Of a stretch of DNA of 64,000 nt, positions 1 to 12,963 are shown one piece after another. The position numbers and the translations under genes were made by a program. Within the stretch, counting starts at the first letter, position 1, and the number at the start of each line of letters is the position of its first letter. This DNA comes from Eledone cirrhosa. Taxonomy: Eukaryota. The DNA lies in the NCBI GenBank assembly GCA_964016885.1, contig OZ024740.1, forward strand, positions 343,604,001 through 343,668,000. The letters are read 5' to 3'. Below the pieces are notes generated by a model. The model was not told the origin of the DNA and did not search any database. It worked only from the letters and a program-made list of their open reading frames with translations.

Positions 1-470
1 TATATATATATATATATATGTATATATATAAATTGATGTGCTTATGCGCAGAAATATTATAAAAGTCCCTTAAAGACGGAAAAAGTATTTACATCGGCTA
101 CTATATGTATGTATATATACATTTTTTCGTGGAGAGGAAAAGGTGACTCTTATATCAAACCTCCGACTTCATTCGTATCCAATGATGTAGAGCTGTTCCT
201 CTTTTTGGTCAAATACATTTGATGTTCAGAAAGTAGGATTGGCTTCGTGCAAAGCCTCTCCTCACTTAAAAAAGCTTCAAGCACAAGTATCGCTTGATAT
301 ATGACATCTTTTGCAAAGCATGGCATTGCTGGCCAGATGCAAGTCCCTACCAGGACTAAAAAGCCACGCCCGTGATGCCTATGCTTAAGTATCACGTGAT
401 GGCATTATTCGAAATGGAGTTGCAGCACTCATCATCATGTATGTGTGTATGTATGTATGTATGCGTCTAA

Positions 471-508
<38 letters not shown>

Positions 509-589
509 CGGAGGATTTGTGGTAAGGTACCAGATGGACCATAACGCACACGAGTACTCAATATTTACGGTAGTAGAGTGGGTAATAGA

Positions 590-665
590 AGAAAGTATGA
601 CCCCGATGGCAGAGCTCAAGCCGTTTCGACGAAACGGCTTGAGCTCTGCCGTCGGGGTCATACTT

Positions 666-668
<3 letters not shown>
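590..668. repeat. Near-perfect palindrome, 39-bp arms, 1-nt spacer
   Basis: agaaagtatgaccccgatggcagagctcaagccgtttcg-a-cgaaacggcttgagctctgccgtcggggtcatactttct, with one mismatch (G-T). Confidence 0.95.
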
Positions 669-721
<53 letters not shown>

Positions 722-1309
722 CATAAACACACATAAATATCTATTAATCTATCTATCTATCTCATACACCAACATATACGTATGTATATAAATAAAATAC
801 ATATAACTCTAAAATATATAAAGTATATTCAATAGACATATATTTTTGTAAAGAAAAATAATAAAATAGATATAAATGGTATTGTGGAGTGTAAGAGAAT
901 ATTATAAAAAATGTTATTTCAAACAGGTAAGTCAAGAAAAACATCGAAGTAGATAAAAAAGATTTATAAACAATTGCAGTAGTGCGAATATGTGTATAGT
1001 GTAGATGGGGTATTTGTATTTCGTTACTGAATGGAGTGAGGTGAAAAATATATTGTATTCAAGGACATTTATTATAACGGTGAACTAAAAAACAAAAAAC
1101 AAGTGAATAAAAAATACGTCACATCATATATTTTATAAAAAGTAAAGTAACAAAACTTGAAAAAAGAAACAAAAAAAAACTGATGATACAAATAAATAAA
1201 TACATATATAAAATGGTATATAAAATATCACAGATTGATCCTGAAAAGAAAAAAATCTTATAAACGAAACTGAAAAAAAAAAATCGCGTTTATATATATA
1301 TATATGTGT

Positions 1310-1347
<38 letters not shown>

Positions 1348-1408
1348 CTCTCTCTCTCTATATATATACTTACATATATATATATTTACACACACACACA
1401 CACACATA

Positions 1409-1459
<51 letters not shown>

Positions 1460-1770
1460 CATACGCGACGCACGTACACGCGCACACTCAGAGGCCCACA
1501 CATATACACATATATAAACATAAGGTTTATGGAGTTCTATATTCTATGAATTCATATTACGGAAAATATCAGTCAATGCAAAGATGATACGACTGATAAT
1601 TTTGGATGTAACAATGTAACATGAATGACATTTGGGAAGATATGTATAAATAAGTAAAGAGTGCAAATGGAAAGAGAAATGCACGTTATAACGCTATTAT
1701 GAAAGCTAGTTTATGATACCACGTACATACATGCAGACATACATATATACATACATACATATGTACGTAT

Positions 1771-1825
<55 letters not shown>

Positions 1826-3094
1826 TTTACACACACACACACTAATGTATATATATATATATATATATATATAGAGGAAGATATAGAAAAAAAGTGAGTG
1901 AGAGAGAGAGTGAGTGGGTGTACAGAAGTATGAAAGATTGGAAAAACTTAAAGGTTGATAAAAAAGGCAAATATGTATGAAGAAGTATATATAGACATAA
2001 ACTGATATGAGTTACAAAATTATGAAACAAACTTTTCACGCGAAGATGTAATCTATAAACCAACGCTTGTGTCATCGTAAGTCCGAAACACTAAAGATCT
2101 GGGTGTTTCTTTACAATTTTCACTGCGTCATTTCCTTTTATATGACGGAAGAGTAATTTTTGAAAGAATCTTGACTATTCTAGTTGATCGAGCTTCAACG
2201 TTGAGGCTGATCAATTTACTCGCATAAACAGTTGGGTCATAGTAATTGACATACGTGCGTTTAGACAATTACCTGCAGGATAAACAAATATACAATGAAA
2301 AACGAGACATTTTGCGCTCAAGTTACGTATATGATTAGGAAAATAAAGTTTTAAAGCCCGTAACAGAGATTCTTAGAAGTAGAATGTGGTTATTATTTGG
2401 TTATTAGAAACATAAATAAAAGAATAAGAAATGTTTAATTTTTTTCCTATTTTAGTCTGAATTAAAGCAGTCTCTTCTAAGAAGTTATTGCACACCCTAC
2501 AAGACTGGTGGGCAAAAGAAGATGGAACCAGAAATTTGACTCCAATGTTTGCAACAGAGTAGACTTCCCTGCAGGCAACTAACAACCAGGCAGTTGTGTT
2601 AAAACTGTTGACGGGTTAAGTCTACAACCTCCAAAACAGGTGCAGTCTATCCGTCAAGCTTCACCATTTTGTTACTTGCAACCTCACACTCACTACTGAA
2701 ATTCTTCACTTTTACTGAGAATCACCTAATTGAATGATGCATTAAATCCATACATATAGAAAAGTAGCGCCTGCATATTTTCAGCTTTTACCGTGTAAAT
2801 GTTAACATTTCTTATAATCTTTATGAAAACATCATACAATATACATTCATTTTCAAACATGCATGAATATCTTACTCTGTCACCCCCACCCCAATCTTTC
2901 ATCCATCCCTGAATATATACATCTGTACATAAATGTATAAACACGCAACGCGCATACAAACTTGCATGAATGCAGAATGTTTGACATTGTCTAAATCTCA
3001 ACAAAAGTTCTTTGTCATTTTCTTTAAAAAATGAATCTTTATTGCATAGAACACCTGTATAATGTCACACACACTCATAATGCAATACACATAC

Positions 3095-3179
<85 letters not shown>

Positions 3180-3185
3180 TATTAA

Positions 3186-3226
<41 letters not shown>

Positions 3227-3745
3227 GAAAATTATATATGCAGGTGTAGACATGCCTTCCACAGAAATACAAAGAAATATACATACACAAATATACAAAC
3301 ACATACCTACGTAACTAGGAATGTTGAAACTGTGTAAAACACCTTTTTATTTTTTTCTGTAAAATTCTTTCCGTTTTATTGTGTCCGAACTGCAACGAAA
3401 ACGTTTTGCTTTTTTAAGACCGATTCTGATTTTGCTGGAAAGTATCACAACACCAAAGAAGAAAAAAATACGTGTACATAGGAATAAAACATAGCTTTAC
3501 AAATAGTAACATTGAATGATGAGTAGAAAGTGTAAAAATAACTGGAGAGAAAAAAAGGGACAGAAAATAAAAATATATATATTTATTACATTGAGAGTTG
3601 AATTGAATATCTGACAGAAGTTTCCCGGAGGATTTCATAACTAACATTAACCAAATGCTACTGCTTCATAAAACAGAAGAACTCTGATGTGAGATAGTTT
3701 GCATAAAACGAAGGACAGGTTTATCACTTGTTAGTTAACAAACGT

Positions 3746-3854
<109 letters not shown>

Positions 3855-4279
3855 AATAAAACATAGCCTAGTAATGGCTAGTAAAAGCGTTGCGACTCAG
3901 AGTCTGTTTAATATTTGGGGAGAAATAATTAGATATTAAAATGTTGTCTCCGGGTAATATTTCACACACCACAAAGAAATATATGATTGAATCCTGATTT
4001 GAGATTTACTCAACATATGGTTCCTACTGGAACTGGTTTTGAAGTAGATGGATGGTTGATAAAAAATTGAATTAACATATTCAGGCAAGTCCTAAAAACA
4101 AGCTGTTCAACTGCGATATTTCTGCATCTGGAAGGCAACTCACACATTGAAACAGTTGAGATGTATAGGAATGCATGTATGTATGTCATGCCCACGAAAC
4201 GAATTTAACTCACCCCTACCATAAACACTCATCAACAATATGAAAGTTTCGATGTCCACAATAAATAAATGTGTTAGTT

Positions 4280-4640
4280 ACCAGTGTGAGTTGGGGTAGG
4301 TGACGCTGCTGAGAAAAGACGCCAACAATGGGTGTGTGATAGACAACGCCAGGCCCATACTTAACACAAATTTGAAGATTTTGGCAAAGTACTTATTAAG
4401 AAATTGGCGCTTTTCGTCGGTAATGTATTGGAGACGTGCGACCCTGTGCGTTACTTGGCATATCCATCCACAACAAACTACACATGATGCACTGCACTTT
4501 ATATCTAGTTGCAAATAGATCCGGCTTTCTGGGAATGTTTGTCAATTTGTAACAGTCCAACGTTTTCGACAAGCTGGAAATCGCTACTGTGTCATGAGCA
4601 GCCGGCTTCGATCTTGTTCCCAGAAGCTGGGGCACTAAAA
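4280..4640 (+). pseudogene. Old degenerate Tx1-type RT fragment
   Basis: TLLRKDANNGCVIDNARPILNTNLKILAK aligns to ALLRKDPNKGDNIDNFRSITLLNTEIKILAK of the full copy. Downstream FVNL*QSNVFDK is a decayed DQSKAFD motif. Confidence 0.8.
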
Positions 4641-4955
4641 TATACTGCGAAATCTGTTCAGTGGTCGAAATAAACATCTACCTCATGGAATCGTAACGTA
4701 TCACTTGCTCGGTCCATCAAAATTACCTCATCTGATTAATGCATTTGCACTGGATCTATTGTTACTGTTGGTGAAAACTTTGAGAAATATCCTGCCCAAA
4801 CTAGGCCACAGGAGAGCCGTGTCCGCATACGTAATATTTTGTTAAAGAAGACTTTATTACTTGCTCCAAATGACCAGAGAATATATATTTTTTGCTTTAT
4901 AGGAACTATATAAAGATTTTCCCAGCTGTTCTAACATTCTAGACGTCACTGTAAA

Positions 4956-5270
4956 GGCGCTTTGCTTATTGGTTAGGGAGTTCAACTCACTATTTTAAGG
5001 TCATAAGTTCGATTCATGGCAGCGCGTTGTATCCACGGACTAGACACCTTATTCCACGTTGCTTCAGTGCACTCAACTGGTATAAAATACTTGTATTTGT
5101 AATTCAAATGGTCATCCTTGTCACACACTCCTCACGTTGAATCTCCTTGAGATCTACGTGAATGGTGCACGTGTCTGTGGAATGTTCAGCCAATTGCACG
5201 TTAATTTTATGAGCAAGCTGTTCTGCTTTTCGAACAAGAGCATTCGTCGTAGTAGCCGACGAAGTTTCAA
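4956..5270 (+). mobile_element. Second tRNA-derived SINE family (B); other copies near 7305-7450 (+), 13735-13900 (-), 23255-23478 (-)
   Basis: Head with tggttag and a gttcgattc B-box, followed by a (ttgagcaa)gacac.tta.ttcac.ttgct.cagtg.actca.ctg domain shared between copies. Confidence 0.7.
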
Positions 5271-5741
5271 CAGTTTCAACATTCTAAAGAGGAGTTAAAT
5301 TACATATTAAAGTAAAACTAGCAGTTGGTGATATACTGACCTCTTTTCAGAGGCTAGAGTGGTTTACTCCGTTATAAGATATCTGAAGGCATCTAATTAA
5401 TTGCTGTGGGTTATTTAAGAGGACATTAAATACTCTCGTTCAGAAGAATCGCAAATAATTAAAAATATTTCATGGCTTCTCCAATTACAGACACTTTCAT
5501 ATCATATATAGTAGAGTTCTGATATATAAGGTTTCATTTTGTATTGTTTTATAGTCATCTAGCAAAGTATTAGTTTTTGTATAATAAAGGTCATTGGTAG
5601 CAGAATAAGTAGCACCAGACGTAATACATTGTTTTATCTAGTTCTTAGTTTTCCGGCGATCTGATCTCAATTCCAACAATGTTGACTTTGTGTTTTAATT
5701 TTTCAGAGTCAATAAAACAAAGGTTTATGTTGTATTAACTG

Positions 5742-5921
5742 CATACCTGCCAACCTCTAAAACCCAAACAGGGAGTACAATGAAAACGGGGAGAAATGAG
5801 GCAAAATTGGGAGATTTTACATAATGAAAGCTATACCCATTTTCATAAGAGAAGACATCTCTTACCCACCCCAAAGTGGGTGGGAGATCTCCCCGTCGGA
5901 CGGGGAGAGTTGACAGGTCTG
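5742..5921. mobile_element. Non-autonomous DNA transposon (MITE, hAT-like CA- termini), copy 1
   Basis: TIRs catacctgccaac and gttgacaggtctg. Highly similar to 8347-8545. Confidence 0.8.
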
Positions 5922-6769
5922 TATTTATTGTCTCTACAGGCTATGCCATTTCCCTATAATTGTTTGGTCTTGTACCAATGTTGAAAATTATTAATTTTTT
6001 TATAATGAAGTTAGTAAAAAAATAGTAGGTCACCAAAGTGCTTCTAGTTTTTCCTGTATGATTATCATATCTACTTCAACAATTATTTTCGAATGCGCAG
6101 TTTTTGTTAGATACTCTCCACCGCTTTGTAAAAGGTATTATGTAATGTATATGATTGTAGTTTTAAGGTATTTAAGACATTTTGCCAATCTATGTTTCCT
6201 TCGTAATTCCTTATCATGTGTAAGGTGTTATTTATTCATTAATTTATTTCCTTATTTTCATTCTATTTTTATTATTGTATTATTCATTCATTAATTTATT
6301 TTATGCGAGTAAAGATTTGCTAGTCTCATGTGAGTTATCTCTTTTCCTTCACTATTTTACCCACCCAGTTTTCTATTGTATATGAGGTGCCATATAACTG
6401 TTACAATGCATTGTTTCTTTAATCCGTCGTTTTCAATAGTTAAAAGAATGCAGGCATAGAAAAAAGGAATTCAATTTCGCTGTATCAGTTGATACGTTCC
6501 GCTGCTAAATTTCTTTCTATATTATCTAAGACCTGCATTATTTTTATGTTCATATCTAAAGGCAGGCTTTTTACAACATTGTATATGACTCATAGGGACT
6601 TTAGCAAGTCTTAACAATATTATCAATTTATTATGTCTATATTAAAATAGGAGATTTAAAAACACAGCCTCCTGCCCCGCAAAAATGATTCTATCCTGTG
6701 TTGTATCAACTTTACCAGACTGTTGCTAATACACCGCAACATTTCGTTGCATCTATCAACAACGGGCTG

Positions 6770-6951
6770 CTGCCTAACCTGCAAGAAATAGCCACAGAAT
6801 CACTCTAAAACCACTCCTTAGCGCCTAAACGAGAAGAGGATACAGTAAACAATATAGTCTTACATAACTCTAAAAAGCGTAATGGTCACGGCTGGAATGA
6901 CTTTGATCATAGGCTTTCTTGATTGGGATAGATTTGGGGCTAAAAAACAAC
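6770..6951 (+). repeat. Third dispersed, SINE-like family (copies near 8845-9030, 16740-16865, 40585-40740)
   Basis: Shared gaaatag.....aaat, ggtca.ggctggaa.g..tttgatcatagg and a gac.tgggg..aaaaacaac 3' end. Confidence 0.5.
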
Positions 6952-7800
6952 TATCAGTTCGATCTCAACAATCTAATATCAAATTCTAGTTATGTTCCCA
7001 GACCTATTGATATATGTTTGTTCTATCTATGTCTATATTGTTCAATCCTAGGAAGAGTTTCCCCTGGAAACGTTATAGAAGATTTTAAGGGAGGTCAGCA
7101 AAAGGTTAGGTAATAAAGATTTCGTTGAATTTTATTTCACATGTAAAAATAAAAGGCGCCTATCGGTAGATTACACAAAGGAAACACTATTTCTGTTGGT
7201 ATTTCCAATGCTAATACTATCTGCCGATCGCATATCCTGTCAGAAAGAGAAACTTGAAATAAAAAAAATTTTTCTGAAGAAAATAACACACAATTCGGTC
7301 AAGGATTCACGTGGCCTATTGGTTAAAGTGTTGTACACCCGGTTCATGGGCTCGATTCTCGGACCAGGTGGTGCATTTTGTTCTTGAGCAAAATACTTTC
7401 TTTCATGTTGACCCTTCTGCCAAGAGTTGCGAACGGCAAATAGTATCAGTAATATGAAAATCCAGGCGAGACACTGGTCGGAACTGATTTTCGACTATTT
7501 TCCTTTCCTTTTTTATTTCTCAGAATCAATATAAACGCCCTACTAATAGGTTCGTATAATGTGTTTGACTGTATGATAGATGCTCTGATTCCTAGTACAA
7601 AAAAAAAAAGAAAGAAAAAAAAAGCAGAATTAATTCGTTGATCAAAGTTAAATAATTAATTATTGTTTAGCCTCAAGTCACACATTAATTATGGTAAAAG
7701 CTCCCATGAAAAAACTTGTCATATACTTGACTATCTAATCATTTTTTACTTTAATAAATAGTATATGTAGGACTATATCATTCAATGTGTGCATCTATTT

Positions 7801-7983
7801 TTAACTGTTTCTACTTTTTGGCACAAGGCCAGCAATTATCTCAGTGTATTACTGGTACTTTATTTTATCGACCCCGTAAGGATGAAAGGCAAAGTTAACC
7901 TCGGCGGGATTTGAAATCAGTCCGTAAACTGTGTTGGAAAGCATGGCGTCCGACCCTCTAGCGATACTGCCAATCCACCGCCC
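7801..7983 (-). mobile_element. tRNA-derived SINE family A with a 14-bp TSD
   Basis: A-box TGGCAGTATCG, a diverged B-box, and the conserved core GCCTTTCATCCTTACGGGGTCGATAAAATAAAGTACC. TSD gtgtgcatctattt at 7787-7800 and 7984-7997. Confidence 0.9.
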
Positions 7984-8346
7984 GTGTGCATCTATTTATA
8001 ATGACAGTAGGCTGTAGTTAAAGGAAGATTTGACTGCTACATCTAACACATCGAACTAGCTCATAAAGTCTTCCTTTTCCTCTGTGACGATAGCTTTGAT
8101 CCTGTTTAGTGCCAAGTAATCCCTGATCTTGCGTGTCCCTTTCTTTCCAGATAGTGTGTATCAAGGATTACATTATCAGATGCATTCCTTCCTTTTTTTT
8201 TAGCAGGAAATCTGTGATCAAAATTCCGACACTGTATCATAAATTCTGTTGTTTTTCTATGACTAATTTGCAGTAAATCATGTTTATTAGAAATTACATA
8301 GGAGGAGACAATTTAGCTATTTTAATAAAACACTAATGCCGTATAT

Positions 8347-8545
8347 CAGACCTGCCAAACTCTAAAAACCCAAACGGGGAGTACCGTGAAAAAAAAAGAA
8401 ATGCCCTAAAACGGGGAGAAATGAAGCAAAATCGGGAGATTTTACATAATGAAAGCTATACCCATTTTCACAAGAACAGACATCTCGCACCCACCTCAAA
8501 GTGGGTGGGAGATCTTCCCTCGGATGGGGAGAGTTGACAGATCTG
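8347..8545. mobile_element. MITE copy 2 with a 6-bp flanking duplication
   Basis: TIRs cagacctgccaa and ttgacagatctg. gtatat at 8341-8346 and 8546-8551. Confidence 0.82.
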
Positions 8546-9284
8546 GTATATATTCTAAAACATGAAAAATGAGTATTACAGGTTATTTTTTGAATGACTG
8601 AAATGACTCTTCAAAGATATTATTGCTTCGGTTTCAACACACGGTCTCAAACCAAGTTATTGTCTTTTAGTACTTTCTAGTAATACTAATCTTGGGCTAA
8701 ATATTTACGACACCACGCACCCTGCTCTGTTTAACACTACTGTTTCTAGAAAATTACATATTCTAATATTTCCACTAAATACACTAACACCAAACTAATA
8801 AATGTTTGAACTTCATATTCCAAGCCTCTTCGTAGGTGATTATCTAACTAGAAACATACAAAGAATATACATGAAAACTTCCACTACTCTAGCATCTTAA
8901 AATAAAAAGGACACATTAGATAACATAGTCCAAGAAACATTATGCCTGGATATAAGGCTTAATAGTCATGGCAGGAACGCATTTGATCAATCATAGGTTG
9001 ACCTGGGCCAAAAACTACACAAACGACAACAGCATAAAACCTTCACATTTTAACTACATAACCGACTCAGAGAGTGTAAGAACTGTGGAATAATATTTCA
9101 TGGATGAGGAAAGAAAAATAAATCGCAAAAAGAGAAACTAAAATGAAATAAGAAAAATAATACCAAATAAAGAAAAAAATCTTATCCCTTTTCTCAGTTG
9201 TCAATGCCGGTTCAAATATTGCTGTTCTGCTTGTCTGCGTTGAATCCGGCATTGCATGCTATACAAAAACAAATCAATTGAAGA

Positions 9285-9320
9285 ATATATATACATGTAT
9301 ATATACAAGAATATATATAC

Positions 9321-9416
<96 letters not shown>

Positions 9417-9454
9417 ATATATATGTATATATATATGTATATATATATATATAC

Positions 9455-9538
<84 letters not shown>

Positions 9539-10154
9539 GCATATATATATATATATAATATACATATATAATATACATATATATATATATACAGATGCAG
9601 ATATTTGAGATATTTGACAGGGATACTTAGCAATTAGTTTTATTTGTCTTTTTTTCTCTGTCCTCTTCCTTCTCCCCACACAACCACTGTCTCTTTCTCT
9701 CTCTTTCTCACACACCTACTCTCTCTCTCGTTATCTGGCGATATTTCTATCCTTATCTCACTCACAGTAACTGCTACTATTTCCTACCAATCACAGAATA
9801 TCTTGCTTCCTTCTATTCCTCTACATTTGACAAGATACCAAATGACGTTCCAAGCAAGAAGCCAATGCCTTTACGTAAGAATACGCATAAGCAGCAATTA
9901 TTCATGTATCAAAAGAATTGAAGCTGATCAGAATGATTCAACGTACGTATGTCTGTACGAATTTATGTATGTACTTATGTATGTATGTACGTATGTATGT
10001 ACGTTTGTATATATGTATGTATATATGTATGTTTGTATATTGTATGCATGCATGTAAATATGTATGTATGTATGTAAGTATGTAAGTATGTATGTATCTA
10101 TGTATGTATGTATACGTAGATACATATGCATATATACATTATACACACACACAC

Positions 10155-10197
<43 letters not shown>

Positions 10198-10220
10198 CGT
10201 ACACACACACACATATGCAT

Positions 10221-10297
<77 letters not shown>

Positions 10298-10357
10298 CAA
10301 ACATACATAGATATATATATATATATGCTTATAACGTATATATATATATATATATAT
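9285..10357. repeat. Long (TA)n/(TATG)n microsatellites (similar at 1290-1455, 3096-3225, 3750-3849, 15760-16040, 20335-20560; (CA)n at 44305-44474)
   Basis: Direct inspection. Source of the IYIY/THTH/VCVC pseudo-ORFs. Confidence 0.95.
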
Positions 10358-10620
10358 GAGGATATTACATGAATGCATCAGCATATTATTAGCATCATCA
10401 TTATCTTTATTATCGTCATCATCATCATCATCAGCTGTGGCTGCAACAGCATTATCAACGGCAGCAACAACAATAACAATAGCAACAAAACTAACTGCTA
10501 GTCCTCTCATACCCTGGTATCATTGCTGTTCAGTGAGCTTCCATAGTAAATGTTCTTTGAGTTCTTCTTTACTCACTCTCTAAATGAATCTGTCTGATAC
10601 AGTCTATCTATTTATCTATC

Positions 10621-10893
10621 TGGCCCGAGTGGTTGGGCCTTCTCTCTATATAAGCCTGTAGGTTGAGGAAAAAGAGGAAGAGAGGAGGGGAGTACTCACA
10701 CTTGGTGCTCCTGGAGATGAGGGCTGTACATTTTTTCGAGGTGTGTACAACCCCTGTGTAACGCCTCCCCCCTATTGGAGATTTCAATTGTTATTTGTTA
10801 TTTTATTAATAGTTTTATTTTCATACAGCTGTATGTAAACTCCCCATTTGTATTCGTCCCCTTCTGTTGTGCCCTTGTAGCTAATAAAGAAAT
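10621..10893 (+). mobile_element. Short 3' fragment of Tx1 (last ORF2 codons + 3'UTR)
   Basis: Encodes ARVVGPSLYISL* (compare TRANGPTLSMCL* at 35517). 3'UTR resembles the 23761 copy and ends AATAAAGAAAT. TATC repeats on both sides. Confidence 0.85.
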
Positions 10894-10929
10894 TTATCTA
10901 TCTATCTATCTATCTATCTATTCTATCTA

Positions 10930-10982
10930 CCCCCCTTTGTACTTGTCCCACTTTTGATGCCCTAGTGGCAAATAAAAGAAAT
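10930..10982 (+). mobile_element. Minimal (~50 bp) Tx1 3' end inside the same (TATC)n tract
   Basis: tgtcccacttttgatgccctagtggcaaataaaagaa matches the 23761 copy terminus tgtcccattttgtacgcccctgtggcaaataaagaa. Confidence 0.7.
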
Positions 10983-11062
10983 ATATCTATCTATTCTATC
11001 TATCTATATATCTATCTATCTATCTATCTATATCTATCTATCTCTCTCTCTATATATATTTT

Positions 11063-11198
<136 letters not shown>

Positions 11199-11363
11199 GT
11201 CGCTATAAAAAATGGATTAATTCAACTTTATACCCCCTCTTTCCCCCTTTTTCTTTCGCTCTATCTCTTTATCCCGCTTTCTTTCTCTCACTTTTTCACT
11301 TATTTCCTTACATGCATTGGAAACATATTTCTATCTTGACTCACATAATCTAAAATTCTTCTC

Positions 11364-11404
11364 TGCACTGAAGAGATCTAGCAAAGATCGAAATGTGTAT
11401 ATGT
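11364..11404 (+). ncRNA. Degenerate minimal hammerhead-ribozyme-like motif (Penelope-type)
   Basis: CTGAAGA-gatc-tagcaaa-gatc-GAAA-tgtg-TA. Core and stem II are intact; stem I is poorly paired. Confidence 0.45.
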
Positions 11405-11560
11405 GATTTGAATGTTTTAATTTTATGAGTTTCGTTGCTACAGAATAAATGTATTAAATAAGATTCTGCAGTTGACTATTAATTATTATGCTTATGAAAT
11501 AGCAAAGTATAATATAGATTCACCCCTTGAAAAAAGAAAAATGGATGTACTAAATATAAT

Positions 11561-11648
<88 letters not shown>

Positions 11649-11871
11649 GGGATTGTAGCGTCCAGTTTCTGTAGGTTCACCAGAGTGAGCACTCGATTCG
11701 TAGTTTCCAGTATTCTGTCATTACCATAACAGAAATCCGACGAGTTTTTGTTTCCAGAGTCGGGCCAGGTCGATACAGATCGAACCTTGAGCTTGAGTTG
11801 ATCAATAGCGAAACGTGCGTCACTAATGAAGACATAACAAATAGTCCCCTTTCTTATATATATATATATAA

Positions 11872-12051
11872 TATGAAAATAGGGAGAAAAAGACGATTAT
11901 TAGGAAGAAAAATATATTTTTTTCCTTTTTATTTTTTCTCTTTTTTTCTGGGTTAGAAAATGTTTAAAACAAAATATTTACTTTGTGTGAAGTGTTAAGG
12001 TATTAGTTAATATATTTTTCTTCTTAATAATCGTCTTTTTCGCCCTATTTT

Positions 12052-12056
<5 letters not shown>
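11872..12056. mobile_element. Small foldback element between (TA)n tracts
   Basis: tgaaaatagggagaaaagacgattattaggaagaaaaatata versus tatatttttcttcttaataatcgtctttttcgccctattttca (arms about 45 bp). Confidence 0.7.
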
Positions 12057-12090
<34 letters not shown>

Positions 12091-12204
12091 ATAATAATAA
12101 AATTGAAGACTAAAATCCAAAGAGGGCTCGATAAGGAAAATATATATCAGAACCGTTAAGGGTGAAAGCAGCGATTCTTTGCTTAAACTTTACTCTGTTA
12201 TTTT

Positions 12205-12260
<56 letters not shown>

Positions 12261-12320
12261 TATCTCGTGTGCTCCTGCTCCACATTTTATTATTATATAT
12301 ATATATGCAAACATATTTTC

Positions 12321-12360
<40 letters not shown>

Positions 12361-12531
12361 CAGAAAAAAAGAGAATCAGTGTTGCGACGAATGAATTTGT
12401 TGGACATATTACAATCGTTTCTCTGGCGACCAGCTCGAGACACGATCGATGTGATGATCAAACCTGACTCTGAAAATCGCAAGGTCCTCAGATACGTCTT
12501 GATTCTACGAAGCAGATTTTCCTATGTCCAG

Positions 12532-12609
<78 letters not shown>

Positions 12610-12928
12610 GAAAATATGTTTGCATTTGGGAGAAGCCGGCAAAAGGTACATAATTATACATAATAGTTGAATACATTGGCTAAAGAACTCCTGTTGACAG
12701 AAAAACTTATCAGAAACTCCTGAGGGAATCTAACCAGGCATCTGCCGCACACTAGACGACCGCGTTTAATCATTGCATCAAAGCACACCTGTGTTTTGGA
12801 TACTTTAAGTGTTAAGTTAGCAGTATAAACAAAATCTAAGTACGTTTATAAAGAGTTGGGAAAATTTGAATATATGCTTGCTCTTTGGGAAAGCTGCCAC
12901 CATTTATATATATATATATATATATATG

Positions 12929-12963
<35 letters not shown>

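Noticed and set aside
7178-7250. ~65-bp sequence repeated near 17204-17272
   Set aside because: Fragment of an unclassifiable dispersed repeat with no ends or motifs to interpret.
9201-10372. Many IYIY/THTH/VCVC ORFs (also at 1258-1587, 15614-16136, 43631-44918)
   Set aside because: Read-through of dinucleotide microsatellites.
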